39,958 bases of DNA from a virus: positions 1 through 39,958 of IMG/VR virus record IMGVR_UViG_3300037882_005016; one strand, given 5' to 3'. The notes under the pieces are model-generated. The model was not told where the DNA came from. It did not search any database and saw nothing but the letters and a program-made list of their open reading frames with translations. Both the position numbers and the translations under genes were made by a program. Positions 8,624 through 18,310 of the stretch are shown here, piece by piece (within the stretch, counting starts at the first letter, position 1; each line of letters opens with the position of its first letter).

Positions 8624-9619
8624 TTAGATAGCGTTTTGAATAAGAGTAGCCATGCTGTAGTCAGCAACAATTGCTTTTCTACGAGCCGCAACTCTAATTC
8701 TATAGCCGCCAAACGCACCAAGATGCATATCTGGAAGCTTCATGCCAACTTGTTGTTTTTCAACAGCTGCAAAACCAAAAATTCTTTTTGGAGTCTCAGT
8801 TGTCGTTGCTCCCATTCCCATTAAGCTGTTATGAACTAATAAAATACTTGATCCTAAGAACTTAGATTCACTTACTGGAAGACCGGCAGCTGCTTGATCA
8901 TAATAAGCGTCGCCAATACAAATTCTTTGAACACCTAAAAGTGCTGCTAACTCTTGATCACCTACTAAAGGATCACAACAATTATTTTTTCCTAAAAAGT
9001 TTGGATGTCTTTTAAGAGCATAATAAACGGCAAGATTCATTACAGCAACATTGGCCTTAAATCTTCTTTTTATTTGAACATCTTGAAAGTATTTCATAAT
9101 AGATGCAGTCGTGTTATTTACTCCGCCCGCATGAAGAGCATTAAGATCAAACTTCATTCCGCCGGCTTCGATATTAGCAACATTTCCTGGATCTTGATTT
9201 GTTGCTGCAGCGTAGGCCGTTTGATCAAAAGCAAGATCAATAGCCTGTTTTTCACGACCTAAAATAATTCGATCATAGAGTTCTTTTGCCTTCATAGCCT
9301 CTAAATCAAACGGAAGCTCTCCGCAAAAAGTATTGCACTCGTAACATACTGGCATATCTAATGCCTCGTCCTCTGTCTCGCCGTATTTCCACTCAAAAGA
9401 TGATGGCTTAATTTCGTGAACATTTGAACAAGCGCCAACACGAGTATCGACAATTTTTTGATTTAATGTGTTTTTCCAATCAATCCACTTAAATTTACAC
9501 CCTAAGGCGTTAACTTCTGGGAAAAGACATTGATGGACAAAACCTGTAGATGCGTTTCCCCACTCTTGAACTAGAGCCGTAAGCTTTGGATCAGTTGGGT
9601 ATGGTGAATAAGTACTCAT
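8624..9619 (-). CDS. Major capsid protein (HK97-fold, E-like/Mu-T-like class)
   Basis: 331 aa. It lies directly downstream of the DUF2190-like decoration gene, and size and position are typical. The start is preceded by AAGGAAGGAATATAAAATT ATG. Confidence 0.8.
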   Translation of the reverse strand: MSTYSPYPTDPKLTALVQEWGNASTGFVHQCLFPEVNALGCKFKWIDWKNTLNQKIVDTRVGACSNVHEIKPSSFEWKYGETEDEALDMPVCYECNTFCGELPFDLEAMKAKELYDRIILGREKQAIDLAFDQTAYAAATNQDPGNVANIEAGGMKFDLNALHAGGVNNTTASIMKYFQDVQIKRRFKANVAVMNLAVYYALKRHPNFLGKNNCCDPLVGDQELAALLGVQRICIGDAYYDQAAAGLPVSESKFLGSSILLVHNSLMGMGATTTETPKRIFGFAAVEKQQVGMKLPDMHLGAFGGYRIRVAARRKAIVADYSMATLIQNAI

Positions 9620-9659
9620 AATTTTATATTCCTTCCTTAGATTATATTTAAAATATTAA

Positions 9660-10049
9660 TTAAACTTTACCTTTAAAAACGTGAACTGGAACTTCTTGAC
9701 CAACTGTTGTTGCGGCATGAAGGGCCTGACCAATAACATAGTCGCCTGCAGCAGCGGGAACAGCGAATCCGTTTGCGTCTGAAGTCAAATAGACTCCAGC
9801 GACAACAGCGGCTCCAATTTTTACTGACGCAATACCGTTTCCTATTAATACATCAAAGCTACATTTTGGAACTGAATTATCTGGATTTAATTTTACTTCC
9901 TGTAAAAGAATTCCGACAATTTTCTCGTCTGATGCAATAGCCTTATCAATAGTATTAGCAACAGTGTCTAGTTTTACGATCGTATTAGCTGCCATTGCCA
10001 CTTTTGGATAAAAGGGCTGAATCATGGCGTGTTTTGATTCTCCGTACAT
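9660..10049 (-). CDS. Head decoration/cement protein (DUF2190-like)
   Basis: 129 aa, G/A/V-rich beta protein (...IVGILLQEV...VKIGAAVVAGVYLTSDANGFAVPAAAGDYVIGQAL...VPVHV). It pairs with the capsid gene. RBS is AAGGAGAGG. Confidence 0.7.
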   Translation of the reverse strand: MYGESKHAMIQPFYPKVAMAANTIVKLDTVANTIDKAIASDEKIVGILLQEVKLNPDNSVPKCSFDVLIGNGIASVKIGAAVVAGVYLTSDANGFAVPAAAGDYVIGQALHAATTVGQEVPVHVFKGKV

Positions 10050-10158
10050 TTTAACCTCTCCTTGGTTTAAATTTTAATGCTCCATCATTGAGCAATTTTT
10101 TTATTAACTTTATTTTATCATAATTATTTTAAACAGAAAGTTAAAACTGTTTTAAATA

Positions 10159-10437
10159 TTAATACCATCTCCATAGTTCTTTTGTGTTCTTCTCTCCACA
10201 GGTCGAGTCTAGACAGTGATTTTGCTCATGGAATACAAAATAAAAAAAACCATCAACAATAAAAACAATAGTATTTAAAAAAGAGCTCGATCGTCCAGAT
10301 AAATCTCGTTCTCTTTTTGCTTTTCCGAGTCGTTGACTAAGACTTTCATCAACATTTCCACCAAAAATAACGCTAATAAATTGAGAGCAGGCAACAAGTA
10401 AATTGTAAATATATTGCTTAATCATAAGTAACACCAT
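10159..10437 (-). CDS. Small membrane protein, unknown function
   Basis: 92 aa with two hydrophobic segments flanking GGNVDESLSQRLGKAKRER. It overlaps the upstream ORF by 20 nt. Confidence 0.45.
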   Translation of the reverse strand: MVLLMIKQYIYNLLVACSQFISVIFGGNVDESLSQRLGKAKRERDLSGRSSSFLNTIVFIVDGFFYFVFHEQNHCLDSTCGEKNTKELWRWY

Positions 10438-11200
10438 TGATTATAAACATGGCAACAGCAATGCCTGGAGCCAGTTCCATCTGAAGAAAAGGAAAGCTTG
10501 TTATTGTTTCAGGTTGACTGACGAAGTTTTGAATACTTGTTGGAAGCCCAGAGTTTAAAAAAGAATTTATAGCAGGCGAAGCCGCCTCTAAGAACTTTGC
10601 TCCTATACTTAGATTCTCTAAACCCCCTGGCGCTTGTGCCAGCATATTAATTAAAGAATTTTCTAGTAAATAAATTACAGTCTCTCTTCTTTTTCTCGTT
10701 GCATTTCTAGACTCTTGTGGAGAATAGGCTGCAAAACCCTTATCTTTTTTTTCTATGTTCTCAGTTCCGTCCTCATTAATCCAAGTCATTGTAACGCTTT
10801 GATGTGTTAAGTGCCCAGTGGGAGATTTTTGATATCCATAGTCTACTTTAAATAAAAGATCCGTTAAAGAGTCGTCTGAATAATATTCTTTTCTGATTAA
10901 AAGACCCTTATCGGCTTGAGTCTCACCGTAAACTTCTTTTATTTTTGTTGTTATCTTGATCTCAGTATTATGATCAATACCATGAAAGTGCTTATCAACA
11001 AGACTATGTTTTAATATTTTAGGGTTTTTTGAATTATCAAAAGACAAAACTTGATTAGGAAAAAAGTTTTCATATCCATTAAAGTTTTTTACCGAAGGAT
11101 CATCAGCACTTAAATAAACAGTATCTAATGTATTGTCTGGAATTTCTTCTAACTCAATAACATTTTCTATAAAATTGTTTTTTATAACAATAACTTTCAT
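10418..11200 (-). CDS. Putative tail-fibre assembly/chaperone-like protein
   Basis: 260 aa. The N-terminus MKVIVIKNNFIENVIELEE resembles the N-termini of fibre-assembly proteins. It lies immediately downstream of a fibre gene, with ATGA-type start/stop overlap. Confidence 0.4.
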   Translation of the reverse strand: MKVIVIKNNFIENVIELEEIPDNTLDTVYLSADDPSVKNFNGYENFFPNQVLSFDNSKNPKILKHSLVDKHFHGIDHNTEIKITTKIKEVYGETQADKGLLIRKEYYSDDSLTDLLFKVDYGYQKSPTGHLTHQSVTMTWINEDGTENIEKKDKGFAAYSPQESRNATRKRRETVIYLLENSLINMLAQAPGGLENLSIGAKFLEAASPAINSFLNSGLPTSIQNFVSQPETITSFPFLQMELAPGIAVAMFIINGVTYD

Positions 11201-12243
11201 TAGTAGTATTCCTCTATATAAATACAGCCAGCAGATCCAGCGCCGCCAAGAGAAGCTGCCGAGTTATTTAAAGTTAGCGCTCCGCCGCCGCCGCCGCCAA
11301 AGGATAGACCTGGATTTCCAACACCGCCAGTTGTTCGGCCTGAACCGCCTGAGCCGAATAGACTGTCTCCGCCTCGACCCGAGTGACCAACTGTTCCAGA
11401 CTCTCTATTTCCAGCCTCGCCAACGACGCCGCGTTTATTTATTAGTCCATTTGTTGGTGATCCGCCGCCAGCCCCGCCGGCTGATACTGCAGTAACTGTT
11501 CCGGCTGTCATTCCTGCACCGCCAAAGCCACCGAGAGCTGTATATGTTACTGCATTTATATTTAATGAGGTTGTTCCTCCGGTTGCTCCTGCTCCGCCCG
11601 CATTGGTTCCGCCAGCTCCACCCGCACCAATTGCTATTGTGTAAGGTCCTGTCGCAATGTTTTCTATAAAAACAATACACTCAGAGCCGGATCCGCCTCC
11701 GGCAGCAGCTGCGCCCTGACCTATTCCGGTTGAGCATCCGCCGCCGCCCCCGCCAGCCCCAATTAATATTGCTTTTATTCTCGTCGTTCCATTCGTTGGA
11801 GAATAAGTCGTGCCGGATGTAAGCACTCTCGCCGCGATAAGACCGGACATTACCCGAACGACTCCATTAGCAAGAAAATTAAATCTATTAGTGGCTGAGT
11901 TGTACCATACGTCTCCGTTGGCTGCATTAATTGGCGTAGTTGTAACAGAGCCAACATTTAATCCTGAATTATTCACGTTAGGAGAAAAGTTTTGTTTTTG
12001 CCCATTTGTGTACGTGTTTGATTCGGTTGTTTTAACGTAGTTAATTAGTGGACCTGTTTCACCATTAACAGATTGTACAGGAGCCGCTGCTGCAGCCTCA
12101 GAGACAGTTGTATATACTGGATGAGGATCAGCAGATGACTCATGATTTGTAATTGCCGTCGAAATATCCGTTGCCGTTTGCGTTGAGGTCGGCGCATCAA
12201 GTGTCGTCTCAACAACTATTGTGTCAACTCTAAGATCACTCAT
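11200..12243 (-). CDS. Tail/head fibre protein with a glycine-rich C-terminal domain
   Basis: 347 aa. Fibre motifs are NHESSADPHPVY and VQSVNGETGPL. The C-terminal roughly 190 aa are G/A/S/T repeats (GAGGGGGGC...GGAGGTNAGGAGATGG...) ending in CIYIEEYY. Confidence 0.7.
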   Translation of the reverse strand: MSDLRVDTIVVETTLDAPTSTQTATDISTAITNHESSADPHPVYTTVSEAAAAAPVQSVNGETGPLINYVKTTESNTYTNGQKQNFSPNVNNSGLNVGSVTTTPINAANGDVWYNSATNRFNFLANGVVRVMSGLIAARVLTSGTTYSPTNGTTRIKAILIGAGGGGGGCSTGIGQGAAAAGGGSGSECIVFIENIATGPYTIAIGAGGAGGTNAGGAGATGGTTSLNINAVTYTALGGFGGAGMTAGTVTAVSAGGAGGGSPTNGLINKRGVVGEAGNRESGTVGHSGRGGDSLFGSGGSGRTTGGVGNPGLSFGGGGGGALTLNNSAASLGGAGSAGCIYIEEYY

Positions 12244-12719
12244 TCGACGCTCTCCCCATGGCTAATTGCAATCCACAAAACAGGCTGAGAAAGAGCGCCG
12301 TTTGCATTGCTATTTATTACAACACTTGCTGCTGTTTGTGTTTGGTATTGCCAATTTCTAGAGTTGCCACCTAAGACAACAATAGAATACGCGGTTGATG
12401 GAAATGCTGTTGTAAAATTTAAAGTAAAAACTCTTGGTGTCCCAACAAAACTTGCGGCAGGAATTGTTCCAGATTTAATTATAGTGTTTGCACTAATAGC
12501 ATCAAGTTTTACTTTGTCAGCTGAAGACATAAACCCATTGACCGTGGTTGTTGCAACACTATGAGATGCTCCGCCTGAACCAATATGCGTTGCTGGCGCT
12601 GTAGTTGTATCAACATAGTTTTTCGTTGCTACGTCTTGCGCAGCCGTTGGATCGGGATGATTTATTCCCTTATTCAACGACTGAAAATCAATATCCGCGT
12701 GAACTTTTCTTGATGCCAT
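12240..12719 (-). CDS. Fibre protein (short)
   Basis: 159 aa. Motifs are INHPDPTAAQDVATKNYVD and GFMSSADKVKLDAI, both common in phage fibre proteins. Confidence 0.6.
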   Translation of the reverse strand: MASRKVHADIDFQSLNKGINHPDPTAAQDVATKNYVDTTTAPATHIGSGGASHSVATTTVNGFMSSADKVKLDAISANTIIKSGTIPAASFVGTPRVFTLNFTTAFPSTAYSIVVLGGNSRNWQYQTQTAASVVINSNANGALSQPVLWIAISHGESVE

Positions 12720-12724
12720 TTATA

Positions 12725-13396
12725 TTATCCTACTAAATCAACTCTTACACCTGTGAGAGATTGATTTGATGTTAAAATAATCTGATTGGGATTCGTCCCT
12801 CTTTTTACTTGTAATAAAATCTCTTCATCGGTTGAGTTATATGTTTGCACAGATCTAATGTTAACAACTGTTGCTGCTGTAACTGTTAAATCAGTATTAG
12901 CAACAAGTGCAACTGTTTGGGTTTCAGATTGAGCCGCCCCAGAAGATATTGATCCGTCATTTAAATTTCTATTTACACCTAACCAATTCGCAGCTGTGGT
13001 TGCTCCGCCGCCAAGATAGATTAAGACATCGCCAACTGAGAGTACGTCATCTCCTTCAATTCCAGAGATAGTTCCTGCTGTTGAAACGTACCAATAGTCG
13101 CCTTTTAATATCTGTGTTGTGTCACCAGAGACTTTATTCGCAGCTGTTGGAAGTGCCCCTGAAGATGCATCAAATCCGTTTTGTAGTTGGCCGAGAGCTG
13201 CTACTTGTTGTGCAACGTAAGACTCAGTTGCAACTAAAATATCTGTCCCATTTGATTGATACTCTAGTTTATTTAAGTCCGTTCTTAAAACTAATTGACC
13301 GTCGAAAGTCGGGCCTGTCGTTGTTTTTTGTTGTGACCAGTTTTGTAGTTCGTTTTGATTTCCGTTTGAGTGTACATGATGCTTTCTCTCAGCCAT
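12725..13396 (-). CDS. Fibre-like structural protein
   Basis: 223 aa, with LVATESYVAQQVAALG and a beta-rich S/T/G/N composition. It lies inside the fibre gene run. Confidence 0.5.
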   Translation of the reverse strand: MAERKHHVHSNGNQNELQNWSQQKTTTGPTFDGQLVLRTDLNKLEYQSNGTDILVATESYVAQQVAALGQLQNGFDASSGALPTAANKVSGDTTQILKGDYWYVSTAGTISGIEGDDVLSVGDVLIYLGGGATTAANWLGVNRNLNDGSISSGAAQSETQTVALVANTDLTVTAATVVNIRSVQTYNSTDEEILLQVKRGTNPNQIILTSNQSLTGVRVDLVG

Positions 13397-13433
13397 TTTT
13401 ATTTTCCTTCCATAGAAATAAAATTAATAAAAT

Positions 13434-14831
13434 TTAATATCCTTCAACAATTACTGTGTAAGTTGCAACTCTGTTGCTTCTAATTTCAACTCCACTATCA
13501 CTTGATACAAGTCTCCACTCTATTTCAATTGGCCATCTTGCCGATTGATCAAGAATCGTTACGTCTGAAATATTTGTTATATTCACAAGTGGTACATTTA
13601 CAAATGTATTTATTTGTCCCGCTCCAATAGACATAGCAATTTTTTCAGTTAACTGTCCACCGCTTGAGGCGGGCGAGGACTGACCAATGTCTCCACATTC
13701 TCCGTCAGAAAGTCTTAATAGATTGTTATGGCCAAACCAAACCTCTGAGCCAATTCGTCTTGCTATAATAGCAACATTAGGTCCGGTTGGAGCGCTTGCA
13801 ATATTTCCAGTTATCACAGTTAAAGTTTGTGGTGTATTGGAAGTGTTTAAAAAAACGTAGGCAACTGAGCCGTCAGCATTTAATGAAATATTTTGAGCAG
13901 CAATTCTATTAGCAGAAAGATCAAGTCCAGGATATTGCATAAACAAATCTTGTCCAATTGTGACCGTTGCTATTCCGCCGCTTGGTGAATTAAATTCTTC
14001 TTGTGTGTAAACTCTTTGTCTAAAATCTAAGCCTTGGGCAACAAAGCTACCGCCGCCTGTGTTTTGAGTTTTTCTCTCAAAGTTTGGCAGATCACTTACC
14101 GTATTAAACCAGCTTTCAACCGTATTTGATGCGTTGAACGTAGCTCCCGAAGCAAAGTCTACGACATACCAATATTTTGCGCCCGCACTTAATATAGGCT
14201 GAGCTGGAAAAACAAAGTCATAAAGAGTGTCAAAATCAGTTCCAATTGTTGAAACATCTATTAAAGAGGCCGTTGCTATTAATGCCCCAGGAATATCGCC
14301 AGTGTCGTTGGCATATAGATTCATTTCAATACTACCAGTTGGCGCATTTGATCTTCTTAATTGTATAGCAATCTTAGTTAGCCTCTGGTTATTAGCCCCA
14401 AGAATAGTAAATGACTGAGCGTGCACTGCTGTCGTGTGATAATTTACAAAATTAGTATTCCCTGTCTTAGGAACTTCATAAAGTATTGCTTCAGGAGAAT
14501 AGGAGATTCCGCTTAAAACAGAGTTACAAATATTGCCTGCGTCTTGAGAGACTAAAAGCCAATTACAACATGACTCAAGACTGGTTGCACCTGTTCCAGA
14601 GCCCGTACTATCTATGTATTCAATATCAACAGCACAGCCAGAAAGAGTTTTTCCTTGTGAGAATACATATCCGATAGCCTCACTAATATTTAAAGTTTTT
14701 AATACTCTAATTTTAGATAAGTCTGAAGGATCTAATTTCACTAGATCATGATACAAGAGGTCCTGTCCTGCTATATGAAACAGGACAACTCTTTTTTTAC
14801 TCATGTCTCCGCGTGAATCTTGAGGATACAA
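13434..14831 (-). CDS. Large structural protein of unknown function (possible receptor-binding or fibre-anchoring protein)
   Basis: 465 aa. TTG start with AGAGGT 6 nt upstream. It is the first gene of the fibre island after the protease/scaffold gene. Confidence 0.4.
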   Translation of the reverse strand: MYPQDSRGDMSKKRVVLFHIAGQDLLYHDLVKLDPSDLSKIRVLKTLNISEAIGYVFSQGKTLSGCAVDIEYIDSTGSGTGATSLESCCNWLLVSQDAGNICNSVLSGISYSPEAILYEVPKTGNTNFVNYHTTAVHAQSFTILGANNQRLTKIAIQLRRSNAPTGSIEMNLYANDTGDIPGALIATASLIDVSTIGTDFDTLYDFVFPAQPILSAGAKYWYVVDFASGATFNASNTVESWFNTVSDLPNFERKTQNTGGGSFVAQGLDFRQRVYTQEEFNSPSGGIATVTIGQDLFMQYPGLDLSANRIAAQNISLNADGSVAYVFLNTSNTPQTLTVITGNIASAPTGPNVAIIARRIGSEVWFGHNNLLRLSDGECGDIGQSSPASSGGQLTEKIAMSIGAGQINTFVNVPLVNITNISDVTILDQSARWPIEIEWRLVSSDSGVEIRSNRVATYTVIVEGY

Positions 14832-14854
14832 ATTAAACCTCTATAATTAAATAG

Positions 14855-15940
14855 TTAAACTTGAACCTTGATAATTGCTTCAGCCATAGTTTTAGCAACG
14901 CCAGACTTTAAAAGCTCTCCGGCCTTAGCTCTAATCAAATCAACTTCGTTGCTAAATTTATTCTTATCAATATCTTGAGGCGTTGGAATCTTTTTTAATT
15001 CTTTTTCTTTTAAAGACTCTTGCTTTGCTGGCATAGATGATAAAACTAAATCAAGCTGTTCTTTTGAGAATTTCAAATAGCTCTCGAGCTGTTCGTTTGT
15101 TAACTCAACACCTTTTAAATTAAACTGTTCTTTAATTACTGACTTTTGAGCCTCCATTAAAGTAGCGATCTCTTTGTCTTCGTAAGATTTTAGTTTAGCT
15201 AAAAGATCATCAAACTCTGTCTTTTTAAGAACGATCTCTTCTTCTTCTTTTGTCTGCTCTTTTTTCTTACCGCCACCGCAGCCGCAATCAAAAGTAAACT
15301 TATCGTCAATCTTTTTAATTGTTGCTACTTCTTGGTCGTTAAAAATAACTTTATCGTCTTTAATTGTAATAGTATGCATCTTGCTATCTCCCTCTTCTTT
15401 AATAAATCTTTTTATTGGTATTATTTTATCTTGCTCTTGTGAAAAAGCGTGACCGCTTGTGTTTGGATCTGCGCCTAAAGTAACAAAGCTGACCTCTCTG
15501 ACAACAGAGTCTCTAAAAACAGTAACAGGACCCTCGAATGTTCTATTATTTACATTTACTTTAGTACCCGAATGATATGTGTCAACTCTAGAGGGCTCAA
15601 TATGGACTGACATTTCCCAAGGAAAGCCATCGTTTGAAAGCTCTTTTATTTCTCTTCCGGCTGATGTGTTCATAATAGAACCGTCAATCTTAAGCATTGA
15701 ATCTTCTTTTTTTAGCTTTCCTTTTCCTGCTCTTAATTTTCTATCATGTTCTTGTAAAACAGGGATCGTATCCTTAGATGAAATTGAATCGATATCAAAG
15801 ACTAGGTTTCCCCAAAAGAAGTGGTCTTTAATCATTTCGCCAGAGTAGGCAACGCCCTCAAACTTTGATTTTTCTTCATCGAAGATAAACTCTGAACCAA
15901 ACTGGAGTGCCTTCCTTGGCACATTTTTCAACTCATCCAT
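14855..15940 (-). CDS. Prohead protease with C-terminal scaffold-like coiled coil
   Basis: 361 aa. S78/HK97-protease-like blocks are PVLQEHDRKLRAGKG, WEMSVHIEP and VREVSFVTLGADPNT. The C-terminal 150 aa are E/K-rich coiled coil. Confidence 0.65.
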   Translation of the reverse strand: MDELKNVPRKALQFGSEFIFDEEKSKFEGVAYSGEMIKDHFFWGNLVFDIDSISSKDTIPVLQEHDRKLRAGKGKLKKEDSMLKIDGSIMNTSAGREIKELSNDGFPWEMSVHIEPSRVDTYHSGTKVNVNNRTFEGPVTVFRDSVVREVSFVTLGADPNTSGHAFSQEQDKIIPIKRFIKEEGDSKMHTITIKDDKVIFNDQEVATIKKIDDKFTFDCGCGGGKKKEQTKEEEEIVLKKTEFDDLLAKLKSYEDKEIATLMEAQKSVIKEQFNLKGVELTNEQLESYLKFSKEQLDLVLSSMPAKQESLKEKELKKIPTPQDIDKNKFSNEVDLIRAKAGELLKSGVAKTMAEAIIKVQV

Positions 15941-15946
15941 GATTTA

Positions 15947-16735
15947 TTATCTCCCCTTTTTATTATTTTTTTCAAACTTTTTTAAGAATCTATCAAAAAT
16001 ATCTTTATTTCTATCATACCACAAAGATGCCCTTGGTCTAGTATCTCGAAGTCTAGTCGCGAAAGCTCTTTTAATTTTTGAAGGAAGGTTATTAAATCTC
16101 TCTTTAGCATATTTTTCTAAAGAGTCGGCGCTTAATTCAATTCCTTCTTTTTCAAATCCCTTATCATTGCAAGGACCATTTCTTTTTCTTTTATATATTC
16201 CTGTTCCAGCCGAGCGACTTGATCTATCAAGGGCCTGCTTTTGAGTCATAGACTTAACCGTGCAACGACAATTAAACCCATTCGGTGGCAAACATTCTTT
16301 CCAAAAAGAACTATTAATAGTTCTAATAATTCCATCAAGAGCGAGATGTGATGGTCTGGTCCTGCTATCATTTATAGCATCGTATTGTAGATACGGTCTT
16401 TTATCTTTGTTTTCAGATGATTTTTTAAAAATACTGGCGTTGTATGCAGACTGAATATTGGTTCTAAAAACAGTTTCCTCGTTATATATATTCTGCTCAT
16501 TTAACTCTGTGGAAAAAGTTTCCTTCCACTCATCGAAGCTTAAGCCATTTTTTTTAGCCTTTTTTAAGTTATTAAGGACAGCGTCTATCTCGTCGGCCTG
16601 AAGGGCGATTCCGACTGTTTCAGAATATTCTCTTAGCTGTATTGGTGTCTTTTTAAAGAAGTCCTCTGATAGCTTTTCTTTAACTACTTCCTCAAGAGAG
16701 TCCTCTAATTTAATACTAACTAATTTTTTTGGCAT
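15947..16735 (-). CDS. Minor head protein, Mu F / SPP1 gp7 family
   Basis: The motif RPSHLALDGIIRTINSSFWKECLPPNGFNCRCTV is the hallmark of this family. It is directly downstream of the portal gene. Confidence 0.85.
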   Translation of the reverse strand: MPKKLVSIKLEDSLEEVVKEKLSEDFFKKTPIQLREYSETVGIALQADEIDAVLNNLKKAKKNGLSFDEWKETFSTELNEQNIYNEETVFRTNIQSAYNASIFKKSSENKDKRPYLQYDAINDSRTRPSHLALDGIIRTINSSFWKECLPPNGFNCRCTVKSMTQKQALDRSSRSAGTGIYKRKRNGPCNDKGFEKEGIELSADSLEKYAKERFNNLPSKIKRAFATRLRDTRPRASLWYDRNKDIFDRFLKKFEKNNKKGR

Positions 16736-18246
16736 TAATTATTAAGATATCCCAACACGCTTGCTGCGAATAAAGAGTTTGTTAACGTATCAGTGAACTC
16801 TGGATGATCTCGTCCTATTAATACGGCAAGTCTATCCTCAAGGTCTGCCTCATTTTCTGCGCCCGCAATAACAGATCTTAATTCATCTACTGTTAATGGG
16901 GTCGGAGCTTCTTGAATAGCAAGATCGCCAATCTCTTCAACGGCTTCCTGCTTGCTTGTGAACTTTTTATCAGCAAATTGATATTCTTCTTGAGAGGTCT
17001 TTGTAGGATCTGGAACTTCTTTTTTAATATTATCTTTTACGCCCATTTCAATATCTCCATCATTATAGTCGTATCGCTCTAATAAGTATTTTTCTGTTAA
17101 CTTTATAGCCCCAGCGTTCACTAAGATCGCGTCACGTTCGGCTCTATCTTTTCCTAAAGACTCTTCTTTTTTATATTGAAATACAGGTATGTTCTTTGTG
17201 TCTTTATTGTTAATCGAATAAATATGTCTTATTAATTGATTAATACCTTTAGCGATCATCTTGCCGTCAGTCATCGCAAGAGATCTGAGAATATCTTTAT
17301 GTACTTCTCCCAAAGAGCGAGAGCCAGAATCATCAGTTCCACTGGTTAAGGTCTGTCCAAGAATAGTTTTATATATTCTTTTCTCAACTAATTCTAAGAA
17401 CTGGGCCTGACTTGTTCCATCGGACTTTGAATCAAGAACAGTTATCTCGGTCTCTTTATCTGTTGCTAATGCAGAGCCTGAGTGGGCCTGACTTAGAGCC
17501 TCCATTAACTGATTTACTGAGCTATCTTTTGGATTGCTTGAATTAGGTCTTGTCTCTTTTGTTTTTCCATAAAGAAAAGGAATACCAGTTCTCTCAATAA
17601 ACTTTGCGTAAAATTCATAGCCTTTACATCTAAAAAAGTATGGCCAGTAAAGTCGCATGAATAAAGATTCACCATATGGATTCTGAGACGTTGGTCTATT
17701 TCTAACAACAAAATATCTCTCTGGAATCTCATGAGGTTGATACTTAGAATTATTATTAAATAAAAGCTTAGTTAGATTGCCGAGATAGTCAAAGCCATAG
17801 TCGCCTATTCTTTGATCAATTAAAAAGCTTGGTAATATATATTTTTTCCCATCAATTATCTTATCAGACCAGACAACCTCAGAGATATGATTGCCATAAA
17901 GAGTGGCATTAAATCCATATTCTGTAAAAATTGGGACTAGATCTTTTAGGGATTGATAAATAAATTCAGATTCTTTTTCATCGTCACCAGAAATATCCCA
18001 AGACAAGGACTCTAGTTCTGAGCGTCTTTGGTTGACCGCGAAGAAGATCGCATCGTCAAAGTAAAGTTTTGAAAGTTCTCTTCTCCCGCCCATTTTATTT
18101 ACAAACTGTTCAGGATCTGGCATGGATTTAAAAACCATATCCATTAAATCAAAAGAACTGAGCTTTTTGAGTGCCTCAACTTTAGAACTTGACTCTATTT
18201 GTTTTGAAGGACTATCAGCAAAGCGAAAAATTTTTAAGAAATCCAT
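16735..18246 (-). CDS. Portal protein (Mu gp29/DUF935-like by context)
   Basis: 503 aa, between TerL and the Mu-F-like gene, with ATGA-type overlap with the downstream gene. Confidence 0.8.
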   Translation of the reverse strand: MDFLKIFRFADSPSKQIESSSKVEALKKLSSFDLMDMVFKSMPDPEQFVNKMGGRRELSKLYFDDAIFFAVNQRRSELESLSWDISGDDEKESEFIYQSLKDLVPIFTEYGFNATLYGNHISEVVWSDKIIDGKKYILPSFLIDQRIGDYGFDYLGNLTKLLFNNNSKYQPHEIPERYFVVRNRPTSQNPYGESLFMRLYWPYFFRCKGYEFYAKFIERTGIPFLYGKTKETRPNSSNPKDSSVNQLMEALSQAHSGSALATDKETEITVLDSKSDGTSQAQFLELVEKRIYKTILGQTLTSGTDDSGSRSLGEVHKDILRSLAMTDGKMIAKGINQLIRHIYSINNKDTKNIPVFQYKKEESLGKDRAERDAILVNAGAIKLTEKYLLERYDYNDGDIEMGVKDNIKKEVPDPTKTSQEEYQFADKKFTSKQEAVEEIGDLAIQEAPTPLTVDELRSVIAGAENEADLEDRLAVLIGRDHPEFTDTLTNSLFAASVLGYLNN

Positions 18247-18310
18247 TTCACTCCTAGAGCTTCCTTGCCCTGGTTATTTGTTTAGTATTGTATCAAACAA
18301 ATTTAAAAAA

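Noticed and set aside
8515-9262. ORFs 8515..8721 (-), 8636..8824 (+) and 9005..9262 (+)
   Set aside because: They overlap the major capsid gene, or its 3' end, in other frames or on the other strand. They have no RBS and implausible compositions.
11133-11680. ORFs 11133..11495 (+, Arg-rich) and 11435..11680 (-, alternative frame)
   Set aside because: They are frame artefacts of the GGN/GCN-rich glycine domain of the fibre gene. R/Q/P or W/R/C-rich translations are expected from reading Gly codons out of frame or antisense.
18276-18302. 8-bp AT-rich hairpin ATTTGTTT-N11-AAACAAAT between terL and the portal gene
   Set aside because: It is all A/T apart from one G-C pair, with no following T-run. 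It is probably just intergenic structure near the portal RBS, too weak to call a terminator.
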